Translations under genes and position numbers: made by a program | In this document: positions 47,926 to 56,392 of the stretch, in pieces | How positions within the stretch are numbered: position 1 is the first letter of the stretch | How the letters are laid out: each line of letters starts with the position of its first letter | Origin: Bacteroidales bacterium | GTDB lineage: Bacteria; Bacteroidota; Bacteroidia; Bacteroidales; GCA-2748055 | Direction: 5' to 3' | Assembly: GCA_038316435.1 (NCBI GenBank) | Contig: JBBQAQ010000001.1 | Location: 2,267-66,266, forward strand | Length of the DNA stretch: 64,000 bases | Notes under the pieces: model-generated | Database searches by the model: none | What the model was told of the DNA's origin: nothing | Seen by the model: only the letters and a program-made list of their open reading frames with translations

Positions 47926-50436
47926 TTATTCAGAAAAAGGTCTTTTTTGTAATTCAATATAAAAGATGCTTCCTGTTTCTTCAACGGATTCAGCCCATAT
48001 CTTGCCTTTGTGTTTTTCTGTTATTCGTTTCGCCAGACTTAGCCCAATTCCTTCTCCGGCTATAGGTGAGCCAGAATCTACTCTGTAGAATATATCCCAG
48101 ATCCTTTCGAGATGCCTTTGAGCTATACCAATACCAGTATCCTGAATTGAGTAAACAACCTTGTTGAATTGAACAGCGCACCCAATTTTAATCACCATCT
48201 TCCTTTTTTTATCCCTGTATTTAAGAGCATTTCCGATAATATTGGAAAATAACTGATTTAATTGATTTTCATCACCATAACAGTCCGAAAGATTTTCGAC
48301 CTGAACTTCACCAGATATTTCAGCAATTTGAAAATTTAGTGCTGAAATAATGGTTTTAATCAATTGGTTCATGTTAATCTGTGCAATGCTCACTTTTATT
48401 CTCCCAGTGCGCGATATTTGCAATAAGCCATTAATAAGAGAATCCATTTTTGTAACGTTGGAATATATGAAACTTAAGGTTTTTGGAATATCCTCTTTAG
48501 TGATTTTGTTTAATACCAATTGGGTTTCATTATCCAGATTCGCATCTGCTACAAAGGTGTTTATAGCATTTGCTTGTTTTTGAAGTCGCTGACTAAAACC
48601 TTGAATATTTACAAGTGGGGATCTTAAATCATGGGATGCAACATATAAATAGTTTTCAAGTTCCTTATTTTTTGTTGTTATAACTTCCTGTATTTGTTGG
48701 ATAGCAGATATATCGGTAGTAATAGTTGCAAAATGATTCTTTTTTGGGGAAACTACAGAAATCATAAAATGCTTATCCATCGGCTCAAAATAGGTATTGT
48801 ATTCAAATGATTTACCTGTGATTGCTACATTTGAAAATTCCTTTAAATAGGGGGGTGTTTGAGTTCCGTAAACTTCTGTTGCTAGTTTTCCGATTGCATT
48901 TTCTTTATTAATACCTGTTATTGAAGTAAAAGCATTATTGCAATCAGTAATTCTATAATTTATCACTTCACCAGTCTCACCGAAAACAAGTTCATGCAAT
49001 GCAACCATCTCAGTCATAGAAATAAACAACGTACTTAATTTTTCTTCATTTTCTCTTAGGGCTTCTTCAACTTGCTTTCGTTCAGTAATATCTTTTATAA
49101 TACCATCATACGAAACAAGCTTTCCATTAGGGTTATATTTGGGTATTGCCTGATCGCTTATCCATCGGATTTTACCATCCTTGTGTATAATCCTGTGTTC
49201 AAAAGCAGGTAAATCATTGCCTTCAAGGATTTGAAGAAACCGACCCGCTACACTTACCCTTTCTTCAGGTACCACCATGTTTATCCATAAATAAGGGTCA
49301 GATATTAGCTCCTCAGAAGTATATCCTGTTACTGTTAAACATGCCTCACTATGGTGTGTTTCAATTGCTTTTCCATTTCTCACTTCCACGGTATACAGGT
49401 AATCGGTGATGCCTGCAGTAATTCTTTTATACCGTTCTTCGCTTTCCAATAGTTTAAGCTCTGCTTTTTTGCGCTCGGTTATATCAACAACAAAGCCTTC
49501 GAAGTATTTTACCTTACCGGTTTCATCTTTTATTGCCTGTGCATCTTCATAAAACCAAAGCCTTTTGCCATTTTTATCTTTTACTTCATATTCATATCCT
49601 TTAACAAATCCCTGATCTTCCATCAATTTCAGAAAAACATCTCTTTCCTTAGGATCCATATAGGCATCTTTTGAAATATCAGTCCTGCTGCTAATCAACT
49701 CTTCAGGACTTGCAAAGCCGTACATTTTTGCTAATGCAGGATTTACTGAAACATAAGACCCATCAACAGTTGTCTGGAAAATTCCTTCCTGTGCATTTTC
49801 AAAAATGTTCCGGAACTTTTTTTCATTTTCCTGAAGTGCAGATTCTGCTTGATTTCTTTCTTCTATTTGTTGCTTTAAAAGTAAGTTTCTATATGCTTTT
49901 TCTGATAATTCACCAGCAAAGGCATAAAGCATTTTGGAAACTTTATTAAACTGTTCCTCAGACATTACCGGAACTTCTTTTAGAGCTTTTAAAAAATCAT
50001 TCTGATTTGCGCCAATTTCACTTGCGTATTGCAACATCTTTTTTTCATTAATTTCCTCATTCCTGACCTGACCTATAAGCCAATTAGCTATATGAATACC
50101 TCCAACAGAAATGCTTGCTCCTGCATCCCATAATCCTCCACTTAAACAGGGCTGTACCACAGGACCAGTAGAATTATTTTGGCCAAGTACTGAATCAGAT
50201 TTTTGACAGTTTGCAAGACCTTTTGCGGTTTTTCGGATAATATCACTACAAAGGGTACAAAAGTTACTTGGCTTAGTAATTGGTTTTCCATCGGGAAATG
50301 TAATAATGGAAGCAACACCACAGGAATCAGAAAAAAGATCCTGTAGGTTTTGAATTTCTTCAAGTTTAAAGAGATCAATAAATTGAACCGATTTCGATTT
50401 GGAATTAGATTTCCCTTTATTTTGCTTTAGCTTCAT
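47926..50436 (-). CDS. Sensor histidine kinase: PocR-PAS(x3-4)-HisKA-HATPase
   Basis: N-terminal PocR block (GVASIITFPDGKPITKPSNFCTLCSDIIRKTAKGLANCQKSD..QPCLSGGLWDAGASISVGG..ALKEVPVMSEEQF), H-box VASHDLRSPL and GEGIGLSLA. Confidence 0.85.
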   Translation of the reverse strand: MKLKQNKGKSNSKSKSVQFIDLFKLEEIQNLQDLFSDSCGVASIITFPDGKPITKPSNFCTLCSDIIRKTAKGLANCQKSDSVLGQNNSTGPVVQPCLSGGLWDAGASISVGGIHIANWLIGQVRNEEINEKKMLQYASEIGANQNDFLKALKEVPVMSEEQFNKVSKMLYAFAGELSEKAYRNLLLKQQIEERNQAESALQENEKKFRNIFENAQEGIFQTTVDGSYVSVNPALAKMYGFASPEELISSRTDISKDAYMDPKERDVFLKLMEDQGFVKGYEYEVKDKNGKRLWFYEDAQAIKDETGKVKYFEGFVVDITERKKAELKLLESEERYKRITAGITDYLYTVEVRNGKAIETHHSEACLTVTGYTSEELISDPYLWINMVVPEERVSVAGRFLQILEGNDLPAFEHRIIHKDGKIRWISDQAIPKYNPNGKLVSYDGIIKDITERKQVEEALRENEEKLSTLFISMTEMVALHELVFGETGEVINYRITDCNNAFTSITGINKENAIGKLATEVYGTQTPPYLKEFSNVAITGKSFEYNTYFEPMDKHFMISVVSPKKNHFATITTDISAIQQIQEVITTKNKELENYLYVASHDLRSPLVNIQGFSQRLQKQANAINTFVADANLDNETQLVLNKITKEDIPKTLSFIYSNVTKMDSLINGLLQISRTGRIKVSIAQINMNQLIKTIISALNFQIAEISGEVQVENLSDCYGDENQLNQLFSNIIGNALKYRDKKRKMVIKIGCAVQFNKVVYSIQDTGIGIAQRHLERIWDIFYRVDSGSPIAGEGIGLSLAKRITEKHKGKIWAESVEETGSIFYIELQKRPFSE

Positions 50437-50443
50437 AGTTATC

Positions 50444-50806
50444 TTAGTTAAAATACTTCTTCATCAGTTCAATCAATGAAGATTGATTGATTGGTTTAGA
50501 TATGTAATCGGTACAGCCTGCTGCAATTGCTTTTTCACGCTCGCCTGATAGAGCAAATGCTGTTTGAGCTATGATTACCACATCTTTATTAAATTGCCTG
50601 ATATTTCTAGTTGCATCATATCCATTCATTTTTGGCATTTGAACGTCCATTAAAACCAAATCAAAATCAGGATTACTTCGACATGCTTCAACTGCCTCTA
50701 TTCCAGTAATTGCATATTTGAATTCCTTCCCATACATTTCAATCAATTCTGTAAGGAGCATTCCTGAGGTTTCATCGTCTTCGGCTATCAAAATTTTCAG
50801 TTTCAT
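50444..50806 (-). CDS. Stand-alone receiver domain protein
   Basis: 120 aa, ILIAEDDETSGMLL..DLVLMDVQMPKMNG..IIAQTAFALSGE..YISKP. It is a close paralog of the C-terminal REC of 45441..47456. Confidence 0.85.
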   Translation of the reverse strand: MKLKILIAEDDETSGMLLTELIEMYGKEFKYAITGIEAVEACRSNPDFDLVLMDVQMPKMNGYDATRNIRQFNKDVVIIAQTAFALSGEREKAIAAGCTDYISKPINQSSLIELMKKYFN

Positions 50807-50857
50807 AATTCTTATTTTAATAAATTTTCAGAAATTTCATTTAATTGAATTCAGCAT

Positions 50858-50865
50858 CAAAATTA
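50858..50865 (-). promoter_or_regulatory. Candidate -7 promoter box (TAnnTTTG on the minus strand) for the signalling island
   Basis: Plus-strand CAAAATTA equals minus-strand TAATTTTG, 52 nt upstream of the ATG at 50806. Confidence 0.3.
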
Positions 50866-51114
50866 ATCTGAGGTGCTGATATAAAACTCATAATCAAATC
50901 AGAAGAATATTATGCAATACTATTCTGAATAAATATACTGTTTGGAATATTGCCTCACAACATGGTTAGCACTTGTTTGCTTACGAAAAATACCTGTGTT
51001 AACAGAGTATTTTTACGTGATTTATACAAGTGTTTTTACCTGTAAGAAAACATTGGAGAATGATTGATAGGAAGGGTATTCTGCTTTGAAGAGTTTATAT
51101 ATTGAAATATCAAT

Positions 51115-51155
51115 TGCAAAAAAGCACAAAAATCCCAATCTGGAAACAGGTTGGG
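51115..51155 (-). terminator. Intrinsic terminator downstream of 51198..51467
   Basis: A 9-bp stem, CCCAATCTG (51134-51142) / CAGGTTGGG (51147-51155), with one G-U pair and a GAAA (UUUC on the minus strand) tetraloop. On the minus strand it is followed by ATTTTTGTGCTTTTTT. Confidence 0.65.
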
Positions 51156-51197
51156 AATGTTCTAAAGGAGTATAGAAATAATTAGATTTTATCTTTA

Positions 51198-51467
51198 CTA
51201 ATACTTTAATAAACTTACGGAACCATCTGTTGCATTTATAGATATCAATTTCCCAGTTTCTTCTGTGCCATTGGTTTCACGTATATATTTCTCATTACCA
51301 TCTGTATTATTTTCAAGAATTTTAAATTCCGCAATGTTTATTTCTCCATTTTCGGAATTGCCAGTTTGATCAAAGGAAGTTTCCTTATTTATTCCAATTT
51401 TATAATTGCCTCTGGTATTTTCAATCTTTATACTTTCGAAAGAAGGGATGATGCTTTTCCTCATCAT
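51198..51467 (-). CDS. Hypothetical small protein (89 aa, Asn/Glu/Thr-rich)
   Basis: An ORF with an ATG start that is followed by a good terminator. I recognise no motif. Confidence 0.4.
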   Translation of the reverse strand: MMRKSIIPSFESIKIENTRGNYKIGINKETSFDQTGNSENGEINIAEFKILENNTDGNEKYIRETNGTEETGKLISINATDGSVSLLKY

Positions 51468-51573
51468 TTCAAATTAAAGTCGTAAAGAAAAACGAAATGC
51501 TGCATCTTTAATAACCTCTTTATATTATAAGGGGTGTAAAAATTCTATGTGGCAAAAAGCCATAAATACCAGT

Positions 51574-52470
51574 TTAAGATTCCTCCTCTTTAGTATTCGA
51601 ACCTAAACCAAATTCAGGTTTGATAATCTTATAACAAACCAAAATAGATGATAAATAAATCATTCCGGTTTTAATAGTTCCTGAATCATAATTTAGCTCT
51701 GAACCTCTTGCACTGTGAGGAATATATGAAATAACCAGAACTACAAGGGCTGCAAGGATCACAAGATATTTTCTTTCTTTCTTTAGGTTTCCTAACCATG
51801 CAATCACCCAAGCTAAAAAGCCAATTAAAGCTTTATTATCAGTTAAATCTTTTCCATAAGGAAACCCTGTCCAGTATTCATTAAATGCAAATTTCTGAAC
51901 AATAGGGCCAAAAATCATTCCTCCCAGTAAAAACATTAAAAGTGTCAATCCTGTATAGAATCGGTAGGATGGAATTTTTCCTAAAGCAAAGAATGCTGAA
52001 AGAGTTGACAGCAACATAGCAGCAAAAATAAACAGGATATGGGGTATAAGTACAATCGCAGGAACATTATCCTTAAACCTAATTTTTATAACTTCATTAT
52101 TAGCAATTTCAAGAAATTTACCATCACGATATAATTCCACTTTATATTCAAGCTTACCAGCTGCTTTTTGTTTTGGCAACCAGGCAATTAGAGTTTCGGC
52201 TTCGCGATTAAAACTAAGTGTATCCCATGAATCACTTGTCGGGAATCGACGGTAAATTATTTTGCCGGTAATAAGCGGATCTGCCAAAGCAATTTTAACC
52301 TTACAATCTGAGTATCCGTTCTGGCTCCGAGGAAGTGAGTACTTATATTCAGTACTGTCAATCATAACCTTAAACCTTTTAGGATACGTCGGCCCGGTTG
52401 TTCTTTGGTAATAAGCAGTGAATAAGGTTATTACTACTGTTAAAATCCAGAAAATCACTTTCTTTGTCAT
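51574..52470 (-). CDS. Hypothetical membrane protein (N-terminal anchor + beta-rich domain + ~5 TM helices)
   Basis: Hydrophobicity pattern only. Confidence 0.5.
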   Translation of the reverse strand: MTKKVIFWILTVVITLFTAYYQRTTGPTYPKRFKVMIDSTEYKYSLPRSQNGYSDCKVKIALADPLITGKIIYRRFPTSDSWDTLSFNREAETLIAWLPKQKAAGKLEYKVELYRDGKFLEIANNEVIKIRFKDNVPAIVLIPHILFIFAAMLLSTLSAFFALGKIPSYRFYTGLTLLMFLLGGMIFGPIVQKFAFNEYWTGFPYGKDLTDNKALIGFLAWVIAWLGNLKKERKYLVILAALVVLVISYIPHSARGSELNYDSGTIKTGMIYLSSILVCYKIIKPEFGLGSNTKEEES

Positions 52471-52508
52471 GGGTTTTCTTTTAAGAGTTGCTTTTTGAAA
52501 TATGTAAT

Positions 52509-54275
52509 TTATAATTGAACAAGTAGCTCCGTTTTAGTTGAACCTCGAATAACAGTTACTACCACGATATCTCCGGCTTTTAATTGCCCAAGCCTAAACA
52601 TATAGTCCTGTACATTTCCAACTGGTTTTCCATCTATTGCTGTAATAATATCGCCTTTTTTCATTCCAGAATTACTAGCAGGTTTTCCCGGAGTTACCGC
52701 CAGTACTTTCATTCCGCCTGTTCCTTCTTCTGAAACATCAGGCATAATGCCAAAAGTAATTTTCCCTCTGTATCTGCCAGAAGTTGATTCTTTGGGTCCA
52801 GCTTCTTTAAATGGTAAACCGCCTTCTAGATTTGAAAAATATATTGCAAGGTCTGAAACATAGTTACTTACCTCTTTTAATCCCTCTAAATTAATTGAAT
52901 CAACTTTATCATTTGGAGTATGATAATCCTGATGTGCTCCGGTTGAGAAAAACAATACAGGTTTGTCTTTTGCGTAAAAGGCAGCATGGTCGGAAGGGCC
53001 ATAACCTGCTTCACTCAGACTAAATTTAAAAGCTGTGTTTTTCTCGGTTTGGTTTAAAATATTTCTGAGTTCCGGAGAAGTGCCAACACCACCAACTTGA
53101 AGACTTGAATCCCTTAAACGACCAACCATATCAAGGTTTAACATTAATTCAATTTTATCCAAGGGGACAGGAGGGTGAGAAACAAAATAATTTGCTCCAA
53201 TAATGCCTTTTTCTTCCGCACCAAACGTCACAAAAATTATACTTCTTCCTGGCTTAAGACTTTTAAATTTTTCAGCTAGTTCTAAAACTGCCGTTACCCC
53301 TGAAGCATTATCGTCTGCGCCATAATGAATTGCAGTAGTATCAGGCATTCTGGAAGAACTACCTTGTCCGCCCATTCCAAGATGGTCATGATGTGCGCCA
53401 ATTACAATATATTCACCTGAGAGTGAAGGATTACTACCTTTAATGTAGGCAATGACATTTCCAGTTTTTGTTTTTTCCTGAATTACATCAGAAACTCCAT
53501 TCAGAATCGTTTTGGTTTCAAATGATTTAATAATTTGTTTTTGGAATAATAAATCTTCCAACTGAGTTATAGTCTGACTTTCAGTCAACAAAATTTTATC
53601 AGCAAATGGTCGGGTAATCTGAAAACAAGGAATGCCGACGTCAGAAGAATTTACCGACATGGCAGTTAATTCATCCTTTGGATCAAATTTGTTACCAGAT
53701 ACCAGCAAAACTCCTGCAGCACCTTTGTCTTTAGCAAGCATAACTTTATCACGATCTTTTTCTACATCGGAAAATGCATTTTTCTGATCATTAGAAAGTG
53801 GATTCCCTCTTAATATCATTACCCATTTTCCTTTCACATCTATCCCAGTGTAGTCATTCCTGCTTAAAGTGTCATTTTTCATTTCATAGCCATATCCGGC
53901 AAAAACAACTTTAGCATTTATTGTGTTACTTGAAGAGAAACTGCATGGCATAAAATCAGTTGATAAAGCTTTATCCCGACCATTTAAAGTAATTGAGTTA
54001 GAACTTCCTTGCTTTACACTACTTATAAAGTCAAAGTTTTGAATTCCGTTACCACTGAAAAACTCCAATCCTGAAGACCTGAAATCATTTGAGATATATC
54101 TTAATAGGAGAGAGTCCTCGAGTGTTCCGGGGTATCTTCCCTTAAACTGTTCCCCTGCAAGATTTCTCAAATGAGAATTTAATTCAGGAATTGTAATATC
54201 TGGATTATTCTGTGAATTGCAGGAATAGAAGCCTGCAAGTGTAAGACCTATGCTAAGAATTAATATTTTTCTCAT
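52509..54275 (-). CDS. M28-family Zn aminopeptidase lipoprotein with a PA domain and a C-terminal PDZ domain
   Basis: Lipobox LAGFYSC, PA-like VVFAGYG..VKGKWVMILRG, M28 metal ligands (GAHHDHLG, GADDNASG, FGAEEKG) and a PDZ-like segment (GMKVLAVTPGKPASNSGMKKGDIITAIDGKPV). Confidence 0.85.
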   Translation of the reverse strand: MRKILILSIGLTLAGFYSCNSQNNPDITIPELNSHLRNLAGEQFKGRYPGTLEDSLLLRYISNDFRSSGLEFFSGNGIQNFDFISSVKQGSSNSITLNGRDKALSTDFMPCSFSSSNTINAKVVFAGYGYEMKNDTLSRNDYTGIDVKGKWVMILRGNPLSNDQKNAFSDVEKDRDKVMLAKDKGAAGVLLVSGNKFDPKDELTAMSVNSSDVGIPCFQITRPFADKILLTESQTITQLEDLLFQKQIIKSFETKTILNGVSDVIQEKTKTGNVIAYIKGSNPSLSGEYIVIGAHHDHLGMGGQGSSSRMPDTTAIHYGADDNASGVTAVLELAEKFKSLKPGRSIIFVTFGAEEKGIIGANYFVSHPPVPLDKIELMLNLDMVGRLRDSSLQVGGVGTSPELRNILNQTEKNTAFKFSLSEAGYGPSDHAAFYAKDKPVLFFSTGAHQDYHTPNDKVDSINLEGLKEVSNYVSDLAIYFSNLEGGLPFKEAGPKESTSGRYRGKITFGIMPDVSEEGTGGMKVLAVTPGKPASNSGMKKGDIITAIDGKPVGNVQDYMFRLGQLKAGDIVVVTVIRGSTKTELLVQL

Positions 54276-54408
54276 TTTATTGTAATAATTTTAAGGGGCT
54301 AAATATACTCACTTTTTTAAAGATTCGCTCAAAAAGAAATGCAAACAATTATCTAATTAGGCACAACTTAATTTTGATTTCGTATTAAAATGATATATTT
54401 TTACAAAC

Positions 54409-54432
54409 TTGTTTAACGAAGTCGTCAAACAA
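54409..54432. promoter_or_regulatory. Imperfect palindrome TTGTTTAACGA-ag-TCGTCAAACAA; candidate TetR operator
   Basis: The arms match at 10 of 11 positions. It lies 30 nt upstream of the TetR ATG at 54462. Confidence 0.45.
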
Positions 54433-54461
54433 ACCAGTTAAATATTTATTTTCTATTACCA

Positions 54462-55085
54462 ATGAATAAACCTGAATTGAAGAATTTATCCCAGGAAATG
54501 GAAGATAAGATTTTATTTTCTGCCACCCGAATTTTTGTCAGGAAAGGAAAGGCAGGTACATCAATGCAGGATATTGCTGATGAGGCAGGGATTAACAGAA
54601 CTTTACTTAACTACTATTTCAGAAGTAAAGAAAACTTATTTGAACAGGTTTTTATTAAAATATTCAGTCGCTTTTTACCGGTGATTGTTTCTACACTTCA
54701 ATCTGAAATACACATATTAAAGCGGTTAGAAAGCTTTATAGATTATTATTTTACTATTCTTATTGAAAATCCCATTATACCCGTATTTATTCTTCAGGAA
54801 TTATCTACAAACCCGCAGAGAATAGTCTCTTTACTCAAAGAAGGAGGGATTAATATTTCACCTTTTCTGGTTGCATTGGAAAGTGAAATGGAAAAAGGAA
54901 CCATTCGTAAAATGGATCCAAAAGAAATCATGGTAAACCTTATGTCGCTTATTATATTCCCTTTTGCTGCCCGACGTATTTTTGAAGAGATTATTTTTAA
55001 AGGAGACATAAAATCCTACACGGAATTTATTATTCAAAGAAATAAGAATCTGAAGAGTTCTTTTATTGAATCCCTAAAACCCTGA
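54462..55085 (+). CDS. TetR/AcrR-family transcriptional regulator
   Basis: The N-terminal HTH is ILFSATRIFVRKGKAGTSMQDIADEAGINRTLLNYYFRSKENLF. Confidence 0.85.
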   Translation: MNKPELKNLSQEMEDKILFSATRIFVRKGKAGTSMQDIADEAGINRTLLNYYFRSKENLFEQVFIKIFSRFLPVIVSTLQSEIHILKRLESFIDYYFTILIENPIIPVFILQELSTNPQRIVSLLKEGGINISPFLVALESEMEKGTIRKMDPKEIMVNLMSLIIFPFAARRIFEEIIFKGDIKSYTEFIIQRNKNLKSSFIESLKP

Positions 55086-55088
55086 TAT

Positions 55089-56357
55089 ATGTTTAAATTT
55101 ATTACATTTTTTACGTTTTTTCAGGCCGGATTGATACTTTCCAGTTTTTCACAGGATACAATATCATTGTCATGGTGCCTGGATAAAACGGTTCAAAATC
55201 ATCCAAGGAATGGCAATTCAGCAATTATCCAAGGTATTTCTGACAATAAAATTAGAAACATTCGGTCGGGAAACTTACCGCAGATGGAATTAAATGGAAA
55301 GGCGAGTTATCAATCTGATGCTATTACTATCGATATCCCTATTCCCGGAATTGATTTTCCTTCCAGCCCCAAAGACCAGTATAAAGTAAGTCTTGACATC
55401 ACTCAATCTATTTATGATGGAGGGATTTCTAAAAGCAAAGAGAAAATTGAAGAAATATCAAAACAGGTAGATATTTCGCAACTGGAAATAGATCTGTACA
55501 CTTCAAAAATGCAGGTGAAAGATTTATATTATTCAATACTGTTGATCCAAAAAAGTCTGGAAATAACTGAAATTTCCGTAAAACAACTCCAAGAAAACAG
55601 GGTCATTATTGAAACAGGAATTAAGAATGGTGTTCTTTTGGATACCGACAGAGATTTGCTGGATGTTGAAACTATTAAATTGCAGCAAAGGAAATCCGAA
55701 CTTAAAGCGGCCAAAGTTGCCGGTATTAAGGTACTTGCTTTCAAATTAGGTGAAAATATTGATCAATCAGCTACTTTGGCGGTAACGACATTTAAATCCC
55801 CCGAAAAAGATTCTATTCAAAGAATTGAAGAAGCACTATTTGGTTTTCAGTCGGAGGCATTGAATAGTAGCAAAGCATTAGTTAAATCTCGATCATTGCC
55901 TAAACTATACGCATTCGGACAGTTTGCTTATGGAAATCCTGGCCTTAATATGTTAAAGGATGAGTTTAATTCTTATTATATAGTTGGAGCAGGTCTTAAA
56001 TGGACTATTTGGGATTGGAATGTAAATAGCAGGGATAGAGAAGTGATTGAATATCAGAAGAGTATTATTGAAAGCCGTAAATTGCAATTTGAATCTGAAA
56101 TTAACTCCGCCTTAATCAATCAAAAATCAGTTATTAAGAATCATGAGGAAAATCTTATAGCTTTTGAAAACATTCTTAATCTAAGAACCAGAATCTCAAT
56201 GACAGCTAAGGTGCAATTAGAGCAAGGAGTAATTAAAACTCTTGATTATATAGCAGTTTTTAATCAGGAAGTAATTGCCAGAATGCAACTGGAAAACGAG
56301 CGAACTCTTTTACAACAGTCAATTGCAAAATATCTGGAAATATCCGGTGAAATATAA
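55089..56357 (+). CDS. TolC-family outer-membrane efflux protein
   Basis: Signal peptide, a repeated coiled-coil/beta pattern, 422 aa and operon context. Confidence 0.8.
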   Translation: MFKFITFFTFFQAGLILSSFSQDTISLSWCLDKTVQNHPRNGNSAIIQGISDNKIRNIRSGNLPQMELNGKASYQSDAITIDIPIPGIDFPSSPKDQYKVSLDITQSIYDGGISKSKEKIEEISKQVDISQLEIDLYTSKMQVKDLYYSILLIQKSLEITEISVKQLQENRVIIETGIKNGVLLDTDRDLLDVETIKLQQRKSELKAAKVAGIKVLAFKLGENIDQSATLAVTTFKSPEKDSIQRIEEALFGFQSEALNSSKALVKSRSLPKLYAFGQFAYGNPGLNMLKDEFNSYYIVGAGLKWTIWDWNVNSRDREVIEYQKSIIESRKLQFESEINSALINQKSVIKNHEENLIAFENILNLRTRISMTAKVQLEQGVIKTLDYIAVFNQEVIARMQLENERTLLQQSIAKYLEISGEI

Positions 56358-56392
56358 TTGATAAACAAAATATCCTGTGTAATATAAATTAT

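Noticed and set aside
34799-50806. The possibility that the signalling island is a chemotaxis or gliding-motility (Che-like) cluster.
   Set aside because: No CheA (P1-P5), CheW, MCP, CheB or CheR features are present. All the kinases are classical HisKA-type.
51468-51573. The hairpin TATGTGGC-aaaaa-GCCATAAA between the two hypothetical genes, considered as a terminator.
   Set aside because: The stem is only 4-5 bp with a bulge and a weak T-tract, which is not convincing.
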